DNA of 64,000 nt, from contig OZ218962.1 in assembly GCA_965112735.1 (NCBI GenBank), positions 3,038,001 to 3,102,000 of the forward strand. The letters run 5' to 3'. The notes under the pieces are model-generated. The model had not been told where the DNA came from and did no database searches. It was given only the letters and a program-made list of their open reading frames with translations. Source of the stretch: Phaeosaccion multiseriatum. Lineage: Eukaryota; Protista; Ochrophyta, other classes. The position numbers were made by a program, and so were the translations under genes. This document shows positions 23,189 through 34,898 of the stretch, piece after piece. Numbering within the stretch: position 1 is the stretch's first letter; each line of letters opens with the position of its first letter.

Positions 23189-23988
23189 GAGGAGGAATGG
23201 TATCGTACAGACGGAGAAGAAATTCATAGAGGATGACGGGAACTTTCAGTTTCTTCGACCTTCCGGCCTGAGATTTTCCAATAAATGGTACAAAATGCAA
23301 TAGAAAAGCGTTACCGAGCGAAGGGAGAGGGGAGTATAGGGTAGGGGAGCTTCGTGCCCAGTGAGCTCAGGGCTGCGCTTTCCGTGCCGCGTTTGGGGCC
23401 AGAGAAAAACCTCCTACAAGTTCTCCCTCCTCAAACCTGTAAGCAGTTTTTGTGTTTTTGTCTCCCACCCACGGGCAAAGGGACTCCTGCGGGCTGCGGG
23501 CACATTGCGCTGGCGTGGAAGAACAGGTATGAATTGCGTGTGTCGCGGTTCGAGTGCCTGACCTTCATAAGTTTATGAGTTTTGATTTTTTTTAGGGGTG
23601 AGTCATGCGTACATGTCTCCAATAGGCCGTATTGCGAGGCTCTCTAGCCAACAAAGCCAGATGGCTTGCCAGAGGGGGGGGACGCATCAACCCCCTTTGG
23701 TGTGTATGGCACCACCGTTCTGATCTCCTCCTCTCTGTTGTCCTCTCTCTCCACAGCGCGAAGAAGGGAAAAAGATTAAAAGATCCAACGACATTGGAAA
23801 AGAAGGGGAAGCTTTGGGATTGCGGCCACCAAGGGGGCAGTGGTGGGAGTGTCACGACACAACCGTCGGTCTCGGGGGGGCAATTCTCCCCCCGGCCCTT
23901 CGCCTGCGTGGGATGGACGAGATTTTTGTATCTTTTCTTACACTGATTCCAGAGGCGCTTACCAAGTAGCTTTGGGGGGAGGAGACGA

Positions 23989-24221
23989 ATGGCGCAGTCG
24001 GCCCCCACGACCGCTGGAGCTGGTGCTGCTGCTGCTACTTCTTCTGACGCGCAGCTGCCCGTGTGCGTGGGACTTCTGCCGTCGCAGCACCAGTACCACC
24101 AGCAGGCGGTGCTGCAGCTGCAGCTCCAGTACCAGCAAGAGCAGCAGCAGATGCAGCAGCACTACCTCCCACAGCAGCAGCATCCGCATCATCTGCAGCA
24201 GCAATGGACACCGTACGACCC

Positions 24222-24263
<42 letters not shown>

Positions 24264-24308
24264 TCGCGAGTATCTCCAGCGACAGCAATACGCCCTCGCA
24301 CAGCAACA

Positions 24309-24341
<33 letters not shown>

Positions 24342-24349
24342 CCATCACC

Positions 24350-24381
<32 letters not shown>

Positions 24382-27300
24382 CAACATCACATGGGTCAGG
24401 GGCACCTCTACCTCCCCAGCCCTTACCCCTATGCGCACCTTCCGCAGCAGCAACAGCTGCCCAGCTCCCCTCTGGCCCGGCAAGAGAGGCAAGAGAGGCA
24501 AGAGAGGCACGAGAGGCAAGAAAGGTTCGCGTTGCCCCCGCTGCGTCACTCTCCTCAGCTCACGCTGACCCGTCCACCCCACCTCGACGAGACCTCTCAG
24601 CTCGGAAACCCTTCCGCCGCGCCGGACCAGCTCCGAGCACAGCCCGAGCCAAGGCTGCCAGCAGCCCCAGGGGGGGAGGGCCAGGCGGCTCCGGCGGCGG
24701 GCAAGTGTCCTGCCAAGAAGGGCCTTCGCGGGGGGAACCCTCGGGGGGGAAACTCCAGTGGGGTGGGGGGCGGGAGAAGTGGCAGCAGCGGTAGCAGCAG
24801 TGGGAAGGCCAAAGTCGCGCACACACGCACGAGGCCGGGCGACGCGATTGAGGAAGCTGAGGAAGAGCATGAACAGGGTGATGACCACGTGGCAGCAGCC
24901 ACTCACCTTGCCTCCTTCAGAGCCTATAGCTACGTCAATGATGATGGTGATGGTGCGGGGGGGGTTGGTGGGGGCGCTGCTGCTGGGGCTGCTGCGGCTG
25001 CTTCTCCTCGGCGCTCTGCTGCTGCTGCTGCTGTTGGTGGTGCTGCTGCTGCTGTTGGTGGTGCTGCTGGTGCTGTTGGTGGTGGTGCTGCTGCTGGAGG
25101 GTCGGGAGAGGGGGCAGCGGCACGAGCAAGGAGTGCGATGTGTGTACCTCTTCGCTCGCCAGTGGCAATGTACGCAGATCCCGCTCTCTTCTCACCCGAG
25201 AGCAAGGGCAAGGGCAAGGCCAAGGGCAACACCAGAGAGAAACCCAACGGACTCAAACGGCCAAGGGCATCTGTGGAGGAGGGGCGGGGCGACCCGAGCG
25301 ATGGGCATAGCTACCCGGACGAGGCCCAAGCAGGCTTAGCTGGAGAGGCCCAAGCAGGCTTAGCTGGAGCTGGTGCTGGTGCTGGTGCTGGGGCGGTGGC
25401 AGTACCGGCGGGCACGGAGGGTCAGGAGCAGTTGGTGATGCAGCCGCAGAAGGCCAAGGTCGGCAGACCCCGAGGGGGCAAAGTGGGTAGACCACGGAAA
25501 GAAAAGGACCCTCCTCCTGCTGCTGCTGCTGGTGCTGAGGCAGCGGCGCCACCTCTTTCCCGAGGGGGGTCTGTAGCAGCCGAGAAGGCTCAAGGGAACA
25601 GGAGCAGCCGCAGTGCAGACGCAGACAAAGAGGGCAATGGAAATGTCGGGGCAGAAATCGATGCTGCTGAGACGAGCAAGGAGCGGAGCAAGCGCACACG
25701 CAAGGCCGATGGAGAGGGAAGGCAGCCGATGGACGGCGGTAGTTCGAGTTCCAGTCCTCGGGCCGCATTGCGTGGGTCAAGGACCGCACCAAAGGAAGAG
25801 GAGGCCGAGGAGCAGGTTGGTGCTGCAGCTTCAGGGGGGGGTTCGGCGGCGGCGAATGTGACCAAGCAGCCCCGAGGCAAGGGCGGCAGATTCCAAAAGA
25901 AGGGCGTGGCGGCCGCAGCAGGAGGAAGGAGGGGCAAGGGAGGTGGCAGCGGAAGGGACAGGGGTAGGGGCAGGGGCAGCCATGTGGGTGGTATCGGCAG
26001 CGGCGGGGCGGGACAAGAGGAGGAGGAGGAGGAGGAGGACGAAGAAGAAGAGGAAGAAGAAGAGGAGGAGGAAGAGGAAGAAGAAGAGGAAGAAGAAGAG
26101 GAGGAGGACGAGGAGGAGGAGGACGAGGAGGATGAGGAGGGAGAGAGCCCACCGCCCAAGAGAAGGGGGCGAGGCCGGCCACGGAAGGTAGCCAACGACG
26201 GCACCAGCAGCAGCGGCAGCAGCAGCGCACGGCCGAGAGCCAAGGGGAAGGGGAAGGCGAAGGCGAAGGGGAAGGTCACGGACGCGGCAGCGGAGGCGGC
26301 TGCGTCTCCTCGTTCTTCTCCACGTTCTCGCGGGGGTGCGCGTGCCGGGAGGGGCGTCTCAGTAGCGACGAGTGCGGGAGGCGCGGCGACACGGTGAGTG
26401 CAGGAGAGCGTGAGTGAGTGAGTGAGTGAGTGAGTGAGGGGTTTCTGAGCCGCGACTTTGAGCGCGCTCTGCCTCGGCTTTATAGCTTCGTGGCGAGGTT
26501 TTGGGGCTTTGCATTGGAGCCAATGCACACACACGACATACTCGCTTGTCTATGTCTATCTTTAGCTTCTCCTTGGCCTAAAGAAAAGTCCAGAACCGGA
26601 AACCGCAAGATCAGGGCTGACGCTGAAACTAGACATGAACGGAATGAGCGGAATACCCCCCCCCCCCTCCTCCTCCTCTCCTGCACTCACGCACCCACGC
26701 ACTCACACTTGGCACGAATGAACGAATGTACCACTCACTTACTTACTCCTGCCCCTCGGGCCCGCAGGTTGGCCATTCGGCAGCAGTCGCGCAAGACCAA
26801 GGGCCGCAAGCGCAAACTCACATCCATCGCCCCTTCCTCCGTGGCCGATTGGGACGAGCTGGACGAGGAGGAGGCGGTGGCAGCTGATGACAGGGCCTAT
26901 CTGCGGTGAGTGAGTGAGTGAGTGAGTGAAGCATGAATAGAGCAAGCCGCGCAGCGAGGCCCAGACATGCTTACACTCCCCTGGGAGAAGCGCCCCCCCC
27001 CCCCCCCCCCCGGCGCGAGAGTGCGTGCGTGCGTGCGTGCGTGCGTTTGACCCACAGTGTACTCTCCTCGCGCATGAATGCACGTGTGTGTTTGTGTGTG
27101 TGTGTGTGTGCCTGCGTGTGTGCGTGCATGTGTGTCCACAGGTCCGTCAAGGAGCGGCAGAGAGCGGCGGAGAGGGAGCGAGCGGAGACGGAGGCCTTTA
27201 AGAAGGTGCGTGCGTGCGTGCGTGGCTTTGTGCTCTGTGTCGCTGAGTAGGGTCCCCACACCAACATGCACACCCATCCATCGACTGCCATCGGCCTTCG

Positions 27301-30300
27301 CCACAGTGTCCCTGCGCGGCCACTCCCCTCCCTCCCTTCCTTCCCTCCCTCCCCTGACTACTCACGCCCCTCCCCTCTCTCTCCCCTCTCTCTCCTCTCT
27401 CCTCTATCCTCTCTCCTCAGGAGCGGGAGCGGGAGCGTGCTATCTTCCAAATGTTCGGCAGGAAACACCGCACCCCCCTGGAGATGAGACGAGACAAGGA
27501 GATGGCACGCTTCATTGACAGCAAGGTGCGTGGGTGCGTGCGTGCGTGGGGGGGGGGGCAGGGCAGGACAGGGGAATGTGGGTCAGATTAAGGTAGTTGG
27601 TGATACAGGTTAATATGCTTTTCTTTGGAGAAGAGCCCCTCTGTTTAGTGTTCAGCTTTCAATCAAATGTCGAACCCACATATGGGGCGGGACCACTATC
27701 GAAGTTTCTGTGCTTACACCTGCTCCTTCTCAAGAAGCCCCTCTTGGAAGCCTCCTAAAGGAAGCACCGACTGTTACACCCTAAACACCCCACAGATCAT
27801 TGTGCGGCGCGGGGGCCAGACACCTCAGTGGGAGTGGGCGAAGGGCAGAGGGGGCGGGGCCAAGGGCGGCAAGCGAGCGGCAGCTACAGCAGTTGGTACT
27901 CCAGCGACAGGAGGGGGCGCATCAGCGTCAGGGGCTCCTGCACCTCAGCTTGAAGACGGTTTCCACGACGAGACGGAGTGCGCCATTTGCTGTGCGGGGT
28001 ACGAGCTGCTGTCGGGCCTGAGGAAGGGAGATCCTCGTGAGGCGCAGGGGGTGAAGGAGGGAGGAGGAGGAGGGGGGGAACCAGAGGGGTCGGTCGCAGG
28101 GAGCGTGGGAGGAAGTAGCAATAGCGAGGGGGGTGCCGGTGGAGGACGGGCGGGGGATGTACAGGGGAGTGAAACTGAAACTGGGGACGGCATCGGGGGC
28201 AGACGCGGACAGAGGGTAAAGAAGAAGAGGAGGATTGACGGGGACGGAGAAGGAGCGGCGCCGCAGTCAGAGGAGGCTCAAGATGGGCAGTTGGTGATAC
28301 AGCCCAAGAAGAAGACGGCATACCAGCTCAAGAAGGAGAGAGAGGCTGGGGAGATTGGCGCCTTTGAGATCGCATCTGGGCCACTGTGGTGCCCGCCCTT
28401 CTCTCTCCTGCCCACGAGAGGCAGGGGCGGGGCCAACGGGTACAACAGAGCACACACTAATGTCTTTCTGGCAGCCTACAAGGCAGGGCTCATTGGGGAG
28501 GTGCATCAGAGGAGGGCCCAGCAGGAGGAGGAGGAGGCCAGGCGGAGACGGCTGGAGGAGGAGGAGGAGGAGGAGGAGGAGGAGGAAGAGGAGGAAGAGG
28601 AGGAGGATGAAGAGGAGGAGGAAGATGAGGAAGACGATGACGAGGACGAGGACTACCAGGACGGAAGGCGGAGGAGGAAGCGGCAGAAGAAAGGGGCAGG
28701 CTCGAAGCGAGGGGTGGGGAGGCCCCGGAGCAGAAAGGCCGCGGGAGGTGGAGTAGTTGGTGGTACAGCAGTTGGTTCGAGGCGGCGTGGCAATGACGCA
28801 CTGGTGCCCGAGTTTGGGGGCTGGACGAAGAAGGGCATGACGGCAGCCGAGGCAGCGGCGGTGATCGCATCTCAGTCCAAGGTTGATGAGGATGAGCAGC
28901 GAGCGCTGGCGGAGGAGAGGGCGAGGCGTGCACTGAAGAGAGCGGGGGGGGAGGAGGATGGAGCGGCGCGGGAGAGGAGGGGCAGGGGGGGGCGGAAAGG
29001 GTTAGATCCCTCCGCTGCTGCTGCTGCTTCTTCCTCCAGCAGCAGGGGAGGCAGCAGGCCGCCCCGCGGAAGTGCAGCGGATGGTGATACAGCAGTAGCG
29101 GCAGCCACTGGACGAGCAAGGGGGCGGGGGAAGGGCAAGGGCAGGCAGCGGAGTGGTGCTGCTGTATCACCAACTGCTTCGGACGACGACTCGGCGGTGG
29201 ATAGGAAGAGAGGTGAGTGCGCGTGCGTGCGTATGCTGCGAGGGTTTCCTGGTCGGCTTTTGCGCCGACAGAGGCAGGACGCGACAGCCCCCCCTTTTGC
29301 CCGTGTTTTCATACTTTCCGACAAGGACCGTCCGACAAAGGGACAAGATGGGGGTGGAATGGGTGGCAATGGGTGGTAACGGTTGTCAAGCCCGTGTCAA
29401 GCGCTGTGTCAAGCGCTGTGTCAAGCACGTTGTGCCATGCCCCCGCCTCTGTCTCGTGGTGTATCGTCGTGACACAGCGCAACACAAACCTCCCTCCTAC
29501 TCACCCACTCACTCACCCACTCACTCACCCACTCACTCACCCACTCACTCACCCACTCACTCACCCACTCACTCACCCACTCAATCACTCACTCACTCAC
29601 CCACTCACCCACTCACTCAACCACTCATCCACTCACTCACCCACTCACCCACTCACTCACTAGCTCACTCACCCACTCACTCACCCACTCACTCACCCAC
29701 TCACTCACCCACTCACTCACCCACTCACTCACCCACTCAATCACTCACTCACTCACCCATTCACTCACCACTCACTCAACCACTCATCCACTCACCCACC
29801 CACCCTCCCTCCCCTTCGCATGTGTGGCAACTCTTCAACAGGCGGCGGCGTTGGGCTGCACAGCCCCGGCGTGAAGGAAGCGGTGGCGGAGTCCGAGGTG
29901 GGACGTAGGCACCACAAACTACTTCGCTACGTAGGGCTCTTCCCTCTGTGCGGCGCTTTCCTCTGCTGCCGGGGCTCGGGGGAGGCAGTGGAGCGACTGA
30001 CGTATGGGCAGCTGCAGGGTAGGCATGTGCAGTGTCGCTGCTGCGGGCTGTTCTTCTCGGCGGCCAAGTGGGTGGATCACTGCGCCAACAGACTGCATCG
30101 GCCTTACCAGAGCATTCGCATGGTGCCCGAGGGTCACAAGGAGCAGCAGGAGGGGGGGCAGTTGGTGGTACAGCAGCAGGGGCCACGGGGGGCGGGGCGG
30201 ATGGAAGAAGATAAGGGGGAAGGAGGAGGAGGCTCGGCGGCAGCGGCAGGAGCAGCAGGGGCCGCCGTCAGAGATGAATCACCAACTGCTGATGCTGATA

Positions 30301-31342
30301 CTGCTGCTGCTGCTGCTGCTGCTCCTGCTGCTGCTGCTGCTCCTGCTGCTGCTGCTGTAGCACCGACTGGCGGGGGGGCTGCTGCCCAGTTCCTGGACTT
30401 TGAATGGCCTTGCCTACAGAGCGCCATGCATTCGCAGGAGGAGCGCCTCTCGGACAAGGACGAGGTGCTGCGGCTGCTCAGTGAACAGGCACAGAGGGAG
30501 CTGGACATGGAGGCCGCAGGTGAGTGAGTGAGTGAGTGAGTGAGTAAACGGGCTGGAGAGTGAGAGGGGCCTTTGTCTGTCTGTCTGTCTGTCGGTCTGT
30601 CTGCCCCCCTGCCTGCCTGCCTGCCTGACGTCGTCTGCCTGTGATGGAGCAGAGTTCTGTGTGGATGTCTGGGTCACTGATGCTTCAAAAACGTTTTCAT
30701 TGAGCCATGATTCGACTCTCCAAAGGATGGCCGTGAAGCTTCCTTTCGTTGTTACCAAATTGGCAGCACGAGACACCACCTCTCCCTCCAGTCAGTCCCT
30801 CTCTCTCTGTCATGTTCTCTCACGCATGCAGTCTTTGACCTTCGCCTCTCTCTCTCTCTCTTCTCTCCCCCCTCCCCTCTCTACTTCTCTCCCTCTCCTT
30901 CTCTCCTCCCCCCCCCCTCCCCTACTCTCTCACTCTCTCTCTCTCTCTCTCTTCTCTCTTCACATCAGGGACGGTCGTTCTCGGAGACGTACGCACGCGA
31001 AAGCGCACCCCCACGGTGGGCACCGGCAAGAAGAGAGGGAGGGGCAGACCGGCCAAAGCAGTTGGTGATACGGCAGTCGCGGAGGGAGCCCCGTCCTCGT
31101 CAACCCCTTCCTCAGCCTTGGGAGATGGACAGCCCCAGTCTCAGTCCCCTCCTGCGGTCAAGAGGAAGAGAGGCAGGCCCCGCAAGCATCCCTTGCCGGA
31201 AGGAGCCACCGCCGCCACTGCTGCTGCCCCTGCATCACCACCGGCTGCTGCTACTCCCGCCAAGTCGACGGGGCGCACGCGAGGCCGCAAGATAGACACT
31301 CTTGCACTCTCCGGCACCAGGCGCTACGCAACGAGGACGTGA
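23989..31342 (+). CDS. Large spliced nuclear protein with polyQ/H, several AT-hooks, acidic tracts and a TDBD/SAND-like Zn-binding domain
   Basis: Exons about 23989-26393, 26769-26905, 27142-27205, 27421-27525, 27797-29212, 29842-30519, 30969-31342. AT-hooks VGRPRK, RGRGRPRK, KRKRGRPRKH. VQCRCCGLFFSAAKWVDHCANRLHRPYQSIRM matches the CxCC..FS....H......RPY..I pattern of the Tify-domain-binding domain. Confidence 0.7.
29500..29800. repeat. (CACTCACTCACC)n intronic tandem repeat
   Basis: Directly visible at the 3' end of an intron. Confidence 0.9.
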
Positions 31343-31771
31343 GACTTGAGCAGGAAGCAGGAGGAGCAGCAGTTGGTGATATAGCAGTAGATGCTAGAGG
31401 GAGGGAGGCTGGAGGAGGAGAGACATCACTCGGGCCATTTGTCGGCCCATTTATCGATCTATCAAAACCATTTGTCGGCCCATTTATCAAGTCGTCGTCG
31501 GAAGGAAAAAGGGAGGGAAGGTCGGCAAGTTAGGTCAGTCCGATGGCACTTAACGGCCCGACACACACCCACATATCATCACCCTCACACATATTTGTAC
31601 AAATAAGCAATAGCAGCGCCAAGGGACAAGGACTTAGTGCACCGAACGAAGGAGAGACTCACCGCGCCAAGCGAACAGCAAGAAAACTCCCTCTCTCCGC
31701 TTTTTTCTTCACTCGCACTGATAACCCGCCTGCACTTGCACTTCATTGCGAGCAAGATTGCGGCTTTAATT

Positions 31772-32801
31772 ATGGGGAACTCGGGCGGGAAGGCTTTCGG
31801 CAAAGAGGCCGGCAGTGTTCTCGATCAAAAAGTGACCTCACAGGAGTCTATGCCAGAGCCGATGAGGGAGGAGGGGAAGCAAGTTGCCATCTTCGCAGCG
31901 GGTGAGTGAGTCAGGCCATTAACCAAAGCAGAGGGAAACGGGGTGAAATCTCATCACTCTTTATTTATGTACACATAGGCTGCTTCTGGAGCGTGGAGCT
32001 GAGCTTCCAGAGGGTGCCCGGGGTGCTGCAGACGGAGGTGGGATACACAGACGGACACGCGTCCAACCCTTCCTACGAGGCCGTGTGTGCAGGAAACACA
32101 GGTTTGTGTCGTCATTGGGGAGTAGAGTCCACTACTTTCCCTCTCTGTGAGCGCTCCGCCACACCTCGGACACATACACACCATCTCCCCACTCGTGTCT
32201 TATTCCCCCTCCCCCCGCCTCTCTCTATCTCTCTCTACACACAGGACACACAGAGGCTGTGCGGCTTGAGTACGACTCCTCCCAAGTGTCGTACGCCGAC
32301 CTTCTCACTGTGCTGTGGGATCGAATGGACCCCACTACCCTCAACAGGCAGGGCAACGACGCGGGCACGCAGTACCGCAGCGGCATCTACTACACCAGCG
32401 AGGCACAGAAGGCCATCGCCCTGGAGAGCAAGGCCAAGGAGCAGAAGAAGTATTCACAGTAAGTCAGTCGCTCCGCACCGTCCTTGCGTTTTGGCAATCT
32501 GGCATTGGCCTTTCTTTTGTGCGTGCGCCCCCCAGGGCAGGGCGTGTTACTAGTAGAGCCCCCCTCTTCCGTCGTTCCGTTGCCCCTCATGTCTACCTGT
32601 CTGCCCCTGCCTGCCTCCCCCTGCCTGCCTGCCCCTGCCTGCCTGCCTCGCCTCCCCTGCTCTGCCCACAGGCCTATTGTGACTGAGATCAAGGCTTTCA
32701 CCAAGTGGTTCAAGGCGGAGGACTACCACCAGCACTACCTGGAGAAGGGCGGGCAGTGCTCAAGAAAAGGAAACAAGGGGGCCATCCGCTGCTACGGCTG
32801 A
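31772..32801 (+). CDS. msrA: Peptide methionine sulfoxide reductase A (4 exons)
   Basis: Exons 31772-31901, 31979-32101, 32245-32458, 32672-32801 give [71 protein letters not shown]. Confidence 0.96.
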
Positions 32802-33182
32802 GGGGGAGAAGGAGGAAGGGACGGAGGAAAGAGAGAGACTGGGATAGGCTATGGAGAGAGAGACAGAGAGGCTCAGTCTGAACAGGGTGTGTAGTGTTCG
32901 CTCCTTCCTTCCTTCCTTTGATGGAAGGTGCCTTTCCATCGTGCCCCATTCCCTCAGTGGATACGTACATATATATTGGTTGGGTTGGGTTGGATTGGAT
33001 TGGGGGGGCTGTGTGTCTCTTTCAGAGCACGGAGCGAAGGAGGCAGAGGTAGGTAGTACATACTATATACTATTTCAAAAGTTGAGAAAAAGGAAAGGAC
33101 TCAAGTAAATGCCTTTTTGCCTTTTTTTTAAGACTCAGCGCGTTGAACGGCACGTGTGATTGTCATGCTCCCATCGCCCTCC

Positions 33183-34701
33183 TCACCAGCGAGTCACTCC
33201 AAGCCCCTCGGGTAGATCTGCATGCAGCTGGTATTCCTGCCCAACCATAATCTTCCTGAGGCTAGCAGGCAGGCTCTCCAGAGGGCCGGTGTAATTCCGC
33301 CCCAGCTCGAGAGTCCGAAGAGAAGCAGGGAGGTCCAGAGGGAGGTTAAAGTCCCTCCCCATCACCACCTCCTCCACCCTGTCAGGGAGGGCCACACGCT
33401 GATATAACTTCTCGCCGAATTTGATCTTCTTCAGCGAGGCAGGCAGCTCCAGAGGAAGGTTGAAGTCATTCTCCGTCTCCACCTCCTTCACCCCACAAGG
33501 AAGTACCAATTGCTGATTGAAGTGCTGGCCAAATCTGATCTTCTTGAGCGAGGCAGGCAGCTCCAGAGGGAGGTTAAACGCATTCCCCATCACCACCTCC
33601 TCCACACCACAGGGAAGGACCAGCTGCTGATTGAACTCATCCCCAAATGTGACCTTCTTCACTGAGGCAGGCAGCTCCAGAGGGAGGTCAAACACTTCCC
33701 CCATCACCACCTCCTCTACACCGTAGGGAAGGACCAAGTGCTGGTTGAAGCTAGCCCAGACCCACCAAATGTGATCTTCTTGAGCGAGGCAGGCAGCTCC
33801 AGAGGGAGGTTAAAGTCACGCCCCATGTCCACCTCCTCCACACCGCAAGGAAGAACCACGTGCTGATTAAACTTGCTACCAAGTCTGATCTTCTTGAGCG
33901 AGGCAGGCAGGTCCAGAGGGAGGTTAAAGTCACGCCCCGTCTGCACGTCCTCCACACCGCAAGGAAGAACCACGTGCTGATTGAAGCGAAAGCCCAAAAT
34001 CGACCTTCTTCAAAGAGGTAGGTCCAGAGGGAGGTTAAAGCTCCACCCCATCACCACCTCCTCCACACCGCAAGGAAGGACCACGTGCTGATTGAAGAAA
34101 GCCCGGAACGTGATCTTCTTCAGAGAGGAAGGCAGGCCCAGAAGGAAGTTAAAAGAGTCCCCCATCACCACCTCTTCCACGGTGTCCGGAATATATACGT
34201 CGGTCTGATTGAAAGAGGGTGAGAAATACAAACGCTTGACTGAAGGTGGTAACAGCGCCATACTTGGGCAACGAGAGCCTGGTCTACGCGTATCACGTCC
34301 TCGTCTCTTGTACCTTTGGGAGGGCCCAGATCCATAGCCACGACACGAAAGAAGCGTCCTCCAGCCTCGCGTGCTGCTGCTGCTGCTGCTGCTCCTCCTC
34401 CTCCTCCTCTTCTGGTCTTTCCCGGATCCTTCCCGACTTTCCCCTCTCCTCAGAGGCAGCCGCAGGCTGTACCAGAGATGAAAACGCCGTGTTCTTCCCG
34501 CCGGCTTCCTTCTGGTCCTAGAGCAAGCTCAGCAACTCTGCTGGCCCCCCTTTTTTTCCTCTCTCTGTTCTCTCTCTCTCTCTCTCTCTCAGTGCGGGAG
34601 GTGACCTCATCCACCTCTTTGCACACACCCCATAGAGCTCTGCTTGAGCCGAGGTTGGACAGGGTTCTCAAGACAGCCATTCCATCCATGATTTGTCGCA
34701 T
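33183..34701 (-). pseudogene. Frameshifted full-length paralog of the F-box-like/FNIP gene
   Basis: Shares N-terminal ALWGVCKEVDEVTSRT, the repeat framework and the C-cap ADLPEGL..W. The ORF is broken into 34450-34701, 34010-34261, 33716-33997 and 33183-33737 by indels. Confidence 0.88.
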
Positions 34702-34898
34702 ACAAGTACGAGTTTCAGAGAGGGCATGATATATTGAGAGGGCAAGGCAATGGTTGTTGTTTATATATTACACCCTTAAGTGCAAGGCATGGCATGGCAA
34801 TTTGGCAAGGCATGTAGTGGTTCGCTCATCATTTCACAGATGGGCATCCCACTTGTCAAGGATACCTGTCAAGATCATACCTCGCATCGTAAAACAAG

